NCBI GenBank assembly: GCA_017452265.1
Contig: JAFTMS010000023.1
Location: 22,856 to 86,855 of the forward strand
Direction of reading: 5' to 3'
DNA: 64,000 nt
Source: Bacteroidales bacterium
Lineage (GTDB): Bacteria > Bacteroidota > Bacteroidia > Bacteroidales > UBA932
The notes beneath the pieces were generated by a model. That model did not search any database, was not told the DNA's origin, and saw only the letters and a list, made by a program, of their open reading frames with translations. The translations under genes and the position numbers were made by a program. Positions 26,716-35,212 of the stretch are shown in pieces. Numbering within the stretch: the first letter of the stretch is position 1; each line of letters starts with the position of its first letter.

Positions 26716-28479
26716 TTACTTGATGTCCAGTTCCAGATCCTTCACCAGGCTCTTGACCTCATCGTTCTGCGCCATCAGTTCCTTGGCCTGCTCGCTCGGC
26801 ATATATACCTTCTTCTGCTGCGGTGCGTCATCCGGCACGATATCGACACGGAGATACACCTTCATCGAGCCGACGATGCTGCGGTAGCGGCCTTCAAGTT
26901 CGTGGAGAAGTTTCGATTCCACCCAGTCCTTCTGTGCTTCATTCACAACGCGGAACACAACCATCTTGGAATCGTCATTGCCTGATATCGTGAGGGTCGT
27001 GCTGCTGAGCATGCTTGCAAGGCGAGGCTTGTCTCCGTACTGCTTTGCGAGTTCCGGCCATTTCGCCTTCAGCTCTTCGTCCGAAGGGGCCGGCGCTTCC
27101 TTGGCAGGGGCTGCTGCCACGGTTTCCTGAGAGCCGTCCATCATGGCCTTCATTGACAGGCCGGCACGGGCGGCACGTGAACGGCGCTCGCGAGGCTGGG
27201 GATCGGAGGCTGGGGCGGCCGGGGATTCCTCGACTGCGCTCGGAATGACGTCAGGGGCAGCCGGAGCAACAGAGGCCGCAGAAGAAGCGGCAGGAGAAGC
27301 TGCAACAGGAGCCACAGATGGAGTCGCAGAAGATGGAGCGGCTGGAGCGGCCGAAGAAGCAGTAGCCGCAGGAGAATCCGCCGGACGGTTCAGCAGGAAG
27401 CTGAGCCTCATGAGGGCGAACTCGATGTGCAGGCGTGGGTTCACGCTGGCCCTGTATCCGGATTCGCATTGCGTGGTCACGGTCAATGCCTCATACAGGA
27501 ACTGCAGAGGGCATCTGCCTGCCTGTTCCCTATATCTTGTCTTCAGGGATTCCGGCAGTTCCAGAAGCGCTTCCAGACCGCCGCTCCTGCTCACAATCAG
27601 ATCCCTGAAATGTGAAGAAAGGGCCGCCACGAAATGCAGCGCATTGAATCCCTTTGTAAGTATCTCGTCGAAAGTCGTCAGAGCCGCAGGATAATCCCCA
27701 CGCAGAAAGGCATCCACGAGCGAGAAGCTGTATTCATAATCAAGGACATTCAGATTCCTCAGGACATCCTGATACTTCACATCCGCGCCGCAGAACGCCA
27801 CCGTCTGGTCGAATATCGTCAGTGCGTCACGCATGGCTCCGTCTGCCTTGTGGGCAATCACATGAAGCGACTCGTCATCAATGGAAATACCTTCGCTGGA
27901 AGCCACCATACGCAGGTTCTTCACTATGTTCTCGACCGTGATCCTGTTGAAGTCGTATGTCTGGCATCTCGACAGGATGGTCGGAAGAATCTTATGCTTC
28001 TCAGTCGTCGCAAGTATGAATATCGCATGTGCAGGCGGTTCCTCCAGCGTCTTGAGGAAGGCATTGAAGGCAGCCTGCGAAAGCATATGCACCTCGTCGA
28101 TGATATATACGCTGTACTTTCCCACCTGAGGCGGTATGCGCACCTGGTCCATCAGCGTCTTGATGTCCTCCACACCGTTGTTCGAAGCGGCGTCAAGCTC
28201 ATGGATGCAGTACGAGCGGCCTTCCGCGAAGGACTGGCACGACTCGCATGTACCGCACGGCTCCATATCCGCCGAAGGATTCGAGCAGTTGATCATCTTC
28301 GCAAAGATTCGTGCAGTCGTGGTCTTGCCCACTCCACGAGGTCCGCAGAAGAGGTATGCATGTGCGAGCTGGCCTCTGAGAATCGAATTCTTGAGCGTCT
28401 GCGCGATATTGTCCTGACCGATGAGTGTCCCGAAGGAGTCAGGCCTGTACTTTCTGGCTGAAACTATATACTGTGACAT
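26716..28479 (-). CDS. dnaX: DNA polymerase III subunit gamma/tau
   Basis: ARKYRP, HAYLFCGPRGVGKTT, ELDAASN, IIDEVHML, ILSRCQ; Ala/Pro/Ser linker; TATCTTTG promoter element near 28501-28508. Confidence 0.96.
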   Translation of the reverse strand: MSQYIVSARKYRPDSFGTLIGQDNIAQTLKNSILRGQLAHAYLFCGPRGVGKTTTARIFAKMINCSNPSADMEPCGTCESCQSFAEGRSYCIHELDAASNNGVEDIKTLMDQVRIPPQVGKYSVYIIDEVHMLSQAAFNAFLKTLEEPPAHAIFILATTEKHKILPTILSRCQTYDFNRITVENIVKNLRMVASSEGISIDDESLHVIAHKADGAMRDALTIFDQTVAFCGADVKYQDVLRNLNVLDYEYSFSLVDAFLRGDYPAALTTFDEILTKGFNALHFVAALSSHFRDLIVSRSGGLEALLELPESLKTRYREQAGRCPLQFLYEALTVTTQCESGYRASVNPRLHIEFALMRLSFLLNRPADSPAATASSAAPAAPSSATPSVAPVAASPAASSAASVAPAAPDVIPSAVEESPAAPASDPQPRERRSRAARAGLSMKAMMDGSQETVAAAPAKEAPAPSDEELKAKWPELAKQYGDKPRLASMLSSTTLTISGNDDSKMVVFRVVNEAQKDWVESKLLHELEGRYRSIVGSMKVYLRVDIVPDDAPQQKKVYMPSEQAKELMAQNDEVKSLVKDLELDIK

Positions 28480-28569
28480 AAACGTTCTTTGGTCAATTTA
28501 CAAAGATACGCAAATTTTTCAGAGTTGCTACAAGAAAACATTTCTGAAAAGCAATTAAGCGTAAAAACA

Positions 28570-28659
28570 TAACGGCCTGATAAACAGCCGCTTGAGAAAA
28601 GTGCGTGCTGTCATATGACGGCACGCACAAAACACAAGTAGCTAATTGCCAAGTGGTTA
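28570..28659. repeat. Palindromic intergenic element (box-hairpin-box); may also terminate PUL transcription
   Basis: Hairpin gtgcgtgctgtca-ta-tgacggcacgcac (28601-28628) flanked by inverted ~25-bp boxes taac...cttg / caag...gtta. Confidence 0.7.
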
Positions 28660-28689
28660 TGGTTTGAGGCGCAAAAAAAGAGCGGGAGG

Positions 28690-30240
28690 TCAGCGGCGGT
28701 TGGCGAGCTGGCGGCGGTTGGCGAGCTGGCGGCGGTTGGCGAGCTGGCGGCGGTAGAGGGAGGCGGGCTGGGTGGGGACGCCGTAGGATTTCCAGACGGC
28801 GGACGGGCGGGCAAGGCCGTCAGCGTATTCCCGGCCGTCGGAGCGGGAGCCCGTGCAGCCGATGCACCAGTTCTGACCGGAAACCCAAGGGCTCTGGCAC
28901 GTAAGAGTAGCCGCAGAGCAGTTCCACAGGACGAAATTCACTCCTGCCCACCCCTGGCCGGTCCCCCAGTTGTCCCTGTCCTGCACCGCGAGCAGACCGT
29001 CAGTCGAGCAGCAGTCGTACAGCACTCCGGTCGCCCAGCGCTGATGCGGCCCCATGTCGCTCAGAGCGCGCACCATCCTGCATTCCAGAAAGACATTCGG
29101 ACCCGGCACTCTGGAAGCGGTGATGAAGCCGTGCCTGTCATCCTCTGCCACGCAGTTCTCTATAAGGCATTGCTCGCCGCCGTTCAGATGGAATGCATAG
29201 CGTCTGCTTCCCGTCACCTTGGAGACAGGAGCCGTCGAGACACAATCCTTCACCGTGATGTTCTTTGCACCCGAGAGAATGTCTGCAAGGGCATATCCGA
29301 AATGGGCACATGTGACATCACGCACCCAGCAATGCTCCGCAGAAGCCACCGTGACGGCGGTCCAGGCATGTGCCTCATCCGTCTCCCTGCCCTGTGAATC
29401 CAGAACGGAAGGGTCGTATCCGGACTCCATGCGAAGATTCTCCACACCGCTTTCCACGGTGCGGTCCCAAGACACATGACAGAGAAGATTCTCACCGAGA
29501 TATTCAGATTCAAGAGCCATGACGACAGGATTGTCAAGCCTGACGACATCACCTTCCACGGCAGTCACAGAACGCTCCCACCATATGTAGTACGCACGAT
29601 AGTTCCACTGAGAGACAGAACCGGAGGAATTCTGAGGAATCCTGTCCATATGCAGGTCTGCAACCCACTTCGCATTGGGACGGCGGTATATGGCCACGCG
29701 GTCTCCTACAGCAAAGAGCGACGGATCCTCCACGCGTACCCACATCTGCCCCACAGGCGTATAGTCATCGACAATGGCCGAAGACGCTCCTGTCTGGCGG
29801 GAAGTGCGGCGTCCTAAAGTGATCAGAGACCGCTGAGACACACCTGTGGCCCGAAGCACGGTCTCCTGTCCCTCGCCACACAGCACCACCCCGTCCATAT
29901 CAATCCTCAGCGTGTCGGAGATATTGTATACACCCTTCTTCAGCAGTACGGCAGAACACGAACCGGCCGCCTCGTCAAGCGCCTCCTGTATCATCAACGT
30001 GGCATCGGAACCGTCAGAAGGAGGCGTAAGCGTGACGGCAACCGGATAGTCAGGTATCTCTTCATCGCCGAAGCGGTATCCCACACGTGAAAAGTCAGGA
30101 ATCACATCCCCCTCTTCGTCAGGTGTCATATATGGTATATAGCCTTCCGGAAGCGTATTCCTGAAATCATCGGGAGCCTCCTCGCCGCAGGAGACAGCAG
30201 CAAGGAACGTCAGGCATATGAGCAGCAACCTATTCCACAT
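28690..30240 (-). CDS. Pectin-lyase-fold (beta-helix) lipoprotein, putative polysaccharide lyase
   Basis: Lipobox AVSC; IPDFSRVGY, DAT..IQ.ALD, LKKGVY.I...L.I...GVVL.GEG, GPHQRWATGVLYD; directly after susD. Confidence 0.72.
   Translation of the reverse strand: MWNRLLLICLTFLAAVSCGEEAPDDFRNTLPEGYIPYMTPDEEGDVIPDFSRVGYRFGDEEIPDYPVAVTLTPPSDGSDATLMIQEALDEAAGSCSAVLLKKGVYNISDTLRIDMDGVVLCGEGQETVLRATGVSQRSLITLGRRTSRQTGASSAIVDDYTPVGQMWVRVEDPSLFAVGDRVAIYRRPNAKWVADLHMDRIPQNSSGSVSQWNYRAYYIWWERSVTAVEGDVVRLDNPVVMALESEYLGENLLCHVSWDRTVESGVENLRMESGYDPSVLDSQGRETDEAHAWTAVTVASAEHCWVRDVTCAHFGYALADILSGAKNITVKDCVSTAPVSKVTGSRRYAFHLNGGEQCLIENCVAEDDRHGFITASRVPGPNVFLECRMVRALSDMGPHQRWATGVLYDCCSTDGLLAVQDRDNWGTGQGWAGVNFVLWNCSAATLTCQSPWVSGQNWCIGCTGSRSDGREYADGLARPSAVWKSYGVPTQPASLYRRQLANRRQLANRRQLANRR
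28693..28754. repeat. 18-bp coding tandem repeat x ~3.4 (encodes RRQLAN)
   Basis: gcggcggttggcgagctg repeated at the 3' end of the beta-helix lipoprotein gene. Confidence 0.9.
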
Positions 30241-32038
30241 AGAAATCGTTCTGGTCATCATAGTCTATAGCCTGATTATACCTTATTTCATCTTCCGGGA
30301 ATGCGACGAGCAGCCCTTTCCTCACGACATCCGGCTCGGTCGGAAGAGTCACCCCGTTGTACAGCAGCGACTTGTACGACTTCGATCCGTAGCTCTGGTC
30401 GGAAAGAGCGAGGAACTCGTTCATCGGTACCGTGATCTCATCTATGATATACCGGACTCCGCGGCGGTGAGTGTCGAAGAATTCATGGCCTTCACAGCTC
30501 ATCTCAAAGACGCGCTCCCACATTATCGCCTTCACGAGTTCATCAGCATCGGCAAAAGTGCGGCCCTCCCATGTCGGCTGTGCAGCCTCCGGCTCTCCCT
30601 CAGACACAGACCTGCGGGCACGGGCGTGTATCTGACCGACATAGTCGAGTGCCTTCTGCCAATAAGCGTCTCCGAGTCCTTCAGAAAGACTCGCCGAAGC
30701 CTCCGCAGCCATCAGCAGCACATCCGCATAACGCATCATGTAGAAATCCGCATAGCTGTTGCCCACATCATAGCGCGGATTGAGATACTTCCTGAAATAT
30801 GGTTCGGAACTGCATTTGTTCCGTACGCAGCCCTTTGAAGGATAAAGGGCGACATCTGCATTCCTGTTCTGGTTGAAATATGACGTATGGATGAACGTCG
30901 CATCGAAGCGCGGGTCGGGACAGGAGAGGTAAAGCCTGTTCTTCACATCCGTACGCGAATCATCAGCTCTGGTCCCTCCGTAAGTGGCCGCCCATTTCTG
31001 GAACACGAAGCGTTCAGGACGGATTCTGCCTGTGTTCTTGTTCTCAGTAGTGACATTAAGCGTTCCTTCCGGGTATTCCGGCAAAGTACGGACAGCCATA
31101 TAGTTGCCGCTCGTTCCGTTGTCAGTGGACTGGAGCACGAATATCCTTTCCTTCAGCATGTAATCCTCCGGCGAGGCCCAGCTGAAAAGACTGCGGTAGT
31201 CCTCTGCAAGCGAATAGCCCCCTTCAGCAATGACGCTTTCCGCAGTATCCAGAGCCAGTTTCCATGCCGCAGAGGCATCGGCGATGCCGCAATGGGAAAA
31301 GTCCGGAGCGCGTCCCTCCTTGGAAAGGTCGAACCACTGGTCCTGAGGATTTTCCATCAGACAGGCAATCTGCACATACACCGCAGCAAGGAAAGACGCC
31401 GCAGCCCACCTGTGAGGCCTGCCGGAAGTGCCTGTCACAGCCGTCTGACGGGACTCGTCACGCATGTTCGCATGTGCATATTCAAGATCAGCGATCACCT
31501 GCGCATAGACCTGCTGATATGGTGTGCGCGGCACAGCCGTTTCACTCACGTTCGAGGCAGGAGCAAGGACGAGAGGCACATCTCCGTAAAGACGTACAAG
31601 GGTGAAATACAGGATACTGCGCAGCAGCCTTGCCTCAGCCTCGATCTCCTTTTTGAAGCCGTCGTCTACCGGGCTGGACGGGAGTGCGTCGATAAGCTTG
31701 TTGCATCTGAACACGGCCGCATAAAGCGCACTGAACATCTTCTGGTTGTTGGAGTTGACCGAATACATGGTGAGGTCGAAGGCCTGAACCCACTGCTGCT
31801 GCGTCCTTGTGCCTTTCCAATGGACAAGAAGGGAGCAGTACTGGAGATATTCGGCCATCTCGCCCTGGAACATCGAGCTTCCCTGCATCGCGCTGTAACA
31901 TCCTGTAAGCGAAGCTTCAAGCGCCTCTTCTGTGCTGTAGGCAGAAGATTCTGAAAAAGATGTCGAAGGCACTTCCTCCAGAAATTCCGAGCAGGAAGAC
32001 AGGATGAGAAGCAGAATAAGAGATATATTCCTTATCAT
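30230..32038 (-). CDS. susD: SusD/RagB family lipoprotein
   Basis: Lipobox LSSC.EFLEE.P; EARLLR..LYF.LVRLYGDVPL, MRYADVLLM.AEA, ER.FEM..EG..FFD..R. Confidence 0.93.
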   Translation of the reverse strand: MIRNISLILLLILSSCSEFLEEVPSTSFSESSAYSTEEALEASLTGCYSAMQGSSMFQGEMAEYLQYCSLLVHWKGTRTQQQWVQAFDLTMYSVNSNNQKMFSALYAAVFRCNKLIDALPSSPVDDGFKKEIEAEARLLRSILYFTLVRLYGDVPLVLAPASNVSETAVPRTPYQQVYAQVIADLEYAHANMRDESRQTAVTGTSGRPHRWAAASFLAAVYVQIACLMENPQDQWFDLSKEGRAPDFSHCGIADASAAWKLALDTAESVIAEGGYSLAEDYRSLFSWASPEDYMLKERIFVLQSTDNGTSGNYMAVRTLPEYPEGTLNVTTENKNTGRIRPERFVFQKWAATYGGTRADDSRTDVKNRLYLSCPDPRFDATFIHTSYFNQNRNADVALYPSKGCVRNKCSSEPYFRKYLNPRYDVGNSYADFYMMRYADVLLMAAEASASLSEGLGDAYWQKALDYVGQIHARARRSVSEGEPEAAQPTWEGRTFADADELVKAIMWERVFEMSCEGHEFFDTHRRGVRYIIDEITVPMNEFLALSDQSYGSKSYKSLLYNGVTLPTEPDVVRKGLLVAFPEDEIRYNQAIDYDDQNDFYVE

Positions 32039-32052
32039 ATTTTTCGGATTGT

Positions 32053-35000
32053 TTAGAAGGTGAACCTTAGATTGATGCTGAAAGTGCGCGCCGTCGGATA
32101 CGAGCCGCAGTCCACGCCGATGCGCGTCATGTCGCTGCCGTAGCTGTTGACTTCGGGATCCCAGCCGCTGTAGCGTGTCCATATATATAAGTTCTTGGCC
32201 GACAATCCCACGTTGATACCTCTGACAGCCCTGTTTTCAGGAAGAGGGATGTCATATGCCAGTGACACGTCCGCAAGACGCAGGAAGGAGCCGTCCTCGA
32301 CTATTCTGTCAGACATGTACTTCACTTCGTCAGAGGTCAGCATATTTATGGCAGGATACCTTGCATCCTGGTTTGCAGGAGTCCAGGCATCCATGAAGAC
32401 CTCTCTGCGGATGTTTCCCGAGGTACGTGACACATCCGTCTCCTGCATGAGGTTGGCGTTCACGAGATCGTTGCCGAACGAGCCGTTGCAGGATACGGCA
32501 AGCGAAAGACCGTTCCAGCTGAATGAGGTGCTGAATCCGTATGTGAAGTCCGGGTTCGGGTCGCCTATCAATGTCCTGTCTCCAAGATCCAGATAACCGT
32601 TGCCGTTGAGGTCGCAATAGTTGATGCCTCCCGGGCCTACAGGATCGCCGCCGGCCGACAGAGGAAGCCCCAGGCTGCCTTCAGGCACGATTCCGGCTGT
32701 CTTGTAGCCATAGAAAAGTCCTACAGGCTGTCCCTCTATGAATATGTTTGCGGGGGCGTTGAAATAGTCTCCGTTGCCGATGTTCGAACCGAGGTAATAG
32801 TTGCACGCGGCCTCGTCGCCTTCCGCAAGGAATATGTTTCCGCCTTCCGCATCGAGGCCGAGCGACGTGAGCGTGTTGCGGTTGAAGGAGATGTTTCCGC
32901 TGATGTTCCATTCGAAGCCGCCGGTGCTTACGGGAGTGGCATCCACCGTGAGTTCGAGACCACGGTTGCGTATGCTTCCGTCATTGACCCATATGGACTT
33001 GAATCCCGACGAGCCCGGTATCTTCTTTTTCTGCAGGAGGTCATATGTGAACTTGTCATACACATCAACTGAAAACGTAAGCCTTCCGTCCCGGAAGCCA
33101 AAGTCGAGGCCGGCGTTCCACTGCCTTGTCGTCTCCCATTTCAGATCCGGGTTGGCTATGTTCGAAGGATAGATTCCGACTATATATCCGGCAAGGTTCG
33201 AAGGCGTATGGTCGGCATAGGTCGAACTGTCGTAAGTGGAGTATATCTGATATGCGGACACTCCCGAATTGCCCACCTGTCCCCAGCCTGCGCGAAGCTT
33301 GAACATGGAAATCCACTCGGGAGCGAACCATTTCTCTTCGGAGATACGCCATGCCGCCGCAAACGACGGGAATACGGAATAACGGTTCCGGCGGCTGAAC
33401 TTGCTGCTGCCGTCCACACGGCAGGTCGCCGTGAGAAGATACCTGTCCCCGTAGTTGTAGAGGAAGCGGGCGAAATATGAATTCATGGACACGGCGGTCT
33501 CGTCATATGAGAAACGTGAATTGACGGCAGAATTGATGTTGCCCATCTGAATCCTGTACTGGGATATGTTCCAGCCTTCGGTGACATTCGAGGACGTGGC
33601 GCTGCGCGAGGTCGTGACGCCGAGCGTGCCCTGAAGACGGTGACGGCGGATCTTTTTGTTGAAATTCAAGGTGTTGTCCCAGTTCCAGCTGTACGAGGTC
33701 ACGTCGGAAGAGGCGGCGATGGCACCTTCGGCACCCGAATTGACGCTCGGGCCCTTCCACTTGTCCCTCTGGGAAAGGCGGAAGTCACCACCGACAGAGG
33801 ACTTGAACTCCAGCCATCTGAGAATCTTCCATTCCACGAACACATGCGGGGTCATGCGGTATTCCTCCCTTGTGTTGCGGAAATCGGTGACCCACTGCAT
33901 GGGAGTGCCTCTGACATCATCATCGACGTCTTCCTCGTCCAGAGAGTTGAGCCTCGCATAAGGACGGCTTATCATCATGCTCCTCATAAGGCTGGATGAA
34001 GCGTTCAGTCTGGTCGTGGACGCTCCCTGCGTCATTTCGGAATCGATGTAGGCAAAAGAGGTCTTCGTGCCCACCTTAAGCTTCTTCGAGAACGTTCTGG
34101 TCACATTCATGCGCATCGTGTACTGCTGCGAACCCGTGTTCCTGATGATTCCGTCACGCTTGTTATAACCTGCAGAGAAGGAATAGTTCAGCGACTTCGG
34201 ACGGCCGGACACAGAAAGATGATACCTCTGGCCTATTGCCGTCCTCATCATGTAGTCCTGCCAGTCCACAGGCCGCACACGCAGTCCGGTCTTTCCTTCC
34301 GGGTCGTCGTATATAGTATACAGACTGCCACCTTTTGCCTCAAGATACGAGACATATTCGTCGAAGGAAAGCATGTCTATGGTCCTGTAGCGCGTTGACA
34401 CATCCACACCCACAGAAGCACGCACAGTCGGACGGTCCCTCTTCGCCCCCTTTGTGGTTATAAGCACCACGCCGTTTGCTCCGGCCGAACCGTAAATGGC
34501 TGTCGCCGAGGCATCCTTGAGTATTTCCATGCTTTCGATGTCCTGCGGATTTATACCCATGAGGGCATTCACTTCCTCATCCGAGCCGGCGTTGTCGTTA
34601 CCCTGGGTGAACATCTGAGGACTTTCCGACGGGGTCATTATCACTCCGTCAATCACATAAAGCGGCTCGTTGCTGCCGTTGAGGGATGTCACGCCTCGTA
34701 TGCGCACGGAGACGGACGCGTCCGGAGCCGCACTGCTGCTGACCACTGAAACACCTGCCGCCTTGCCCTGCAGAAGGTTGTCCAGCGAAGAGGCCCTTGA
34801 AGCGTTGTCCTCGTCTATATCGACAGAAGTCACCGCTCCCGTGAGGTCGCTCCTGCGCATGGCGCCGTATCCCACGACCACGACCTCTTCAAGCAGCTCA
34901 GAATCGTCCTGAAGCACGAAATCGATGACGCTCCTGCCGCCGACGGGGCTGCTTTCGGCCGCATAGCTCAGGCATGACACGGTCAGAACCGCCTTTTCAC

Positions 35001-35202
35001 CTGCTTCTGCGGGGACTTCTATGGAATACTTACCGTCAAGATCCGTCACGGCTCCCGAAGAGGCAAAGCCCTCGACCATGACTGCCGCACCTACGACCGG
35101 AACGCCCGAAGCATCCCTGACGGTACCGCCCACTACGACCTGTCCGAACGCCGAGGCCACAGACAGAAGAATATATGAGAATATGGAGATTGTTCTTTTC
35201 AT
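32053..35202 (-). CDS. susC: SusC/RagA TonB-dependent transporter
   Basis: EEVVVVGYG...DLTGAV, IRGVTSL, PLYVIDG, ILKDASATAIYG..GANGVVLITTK, NPDLKWETT; terminal Phe. Confidence 0.95.
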   Translation of the reverse strand: MKRTISIFSYILLSVASAFGQVVVGGTVRDASGVPVVGAAVMVEGFASSGAVTDLDGKYSIEVPAEAGEKAVLTVSCLSYAAESSPVGGRSVIDFVLQDDSELLEEVVVVGYGAMRRSDLTGAVTSVDIDEDNASRASSLDNLLQGKAAGVSVVSSSAAPDASVSVRIRGVTSLNGSNEPLYVIDGVIMTPSESPQMFTQGNDNAGSDEEVNALMGINPQDIESMEILKDASATAIYGSAGANGVVLITTKGAKRDRPTVRASVGVDVSTRYRTIDMLSFDEYVSYLEAKGGSLYTIYDDPEGKTGLRVRPVDWQDYMMRTAIGQRYHLSVSGRPKSLNYSFSAGYNKRDGIIRNTGSQQYTMRMNVTRTFSKKLKVGTKTSFAYIDSEMTQGASTTRLNASSSLMRSMMISRPYARLNSLDEEDVDDDVRGTPMQWVTDFRNTREEYRMTPHVFVEWKILRWLEFKSSVGGDFRLSQRDKWKGPSVNSGAEGAIAASSDVTSYSWNWDNTLNFNKKIRRHRLQGTLGVTTSRSATSSNVTEGWNISQYRIQMGNINSAVNSRFSYDETAVSMNSYFARFLYNYGDRYLLTATCRVDGSSKFSRRNRYSVFPSFAAAWRISEEKWFAPEWISMFKLRAGWGQVGNSGVSAYQIYSTYDSSTYADHTPSNLAGYIVGIYPSNIANPDLKWETTRQWNAGLDFGFRDGRLTFSVDVYDKFTYDLLQKKKIPGSSGFKSIWVNDGSIRNRGLELTVDATPVSTGGFEWNISGNISFNRNTLTSLGLDAEGGNIFLAEGDEAACNYYLGSNIGNGDYFNAPANIFIEGQPVGLFYGYKTAGIVPEGSLGLPLSAGGDPVGPGGINYCDLNGNGYLDLGDRTLIGDPNPDFTYGFSTSFSWNGLSLAVSCNGSFGNDLVNANLMQETDVSRTSGNIRREVFMDAWTPANQDARYPAINMLTSDEVKYMSDRIVEDGSFLRLADVSLAYDIPLPENRAVRGINVGLSAKNLYIWTRYSGWDPEVNSYGSDMTRIGVDCGSYPTARTFSINLRFTF

Positions 35203-35212
35203 GTCTCAGGGA

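Noticed and set aside
26716-28479. Programmed frameshift in dnaX
   Set aside because: No A-AAA-AAG or long poly-A slippery site noticed in the linker region.
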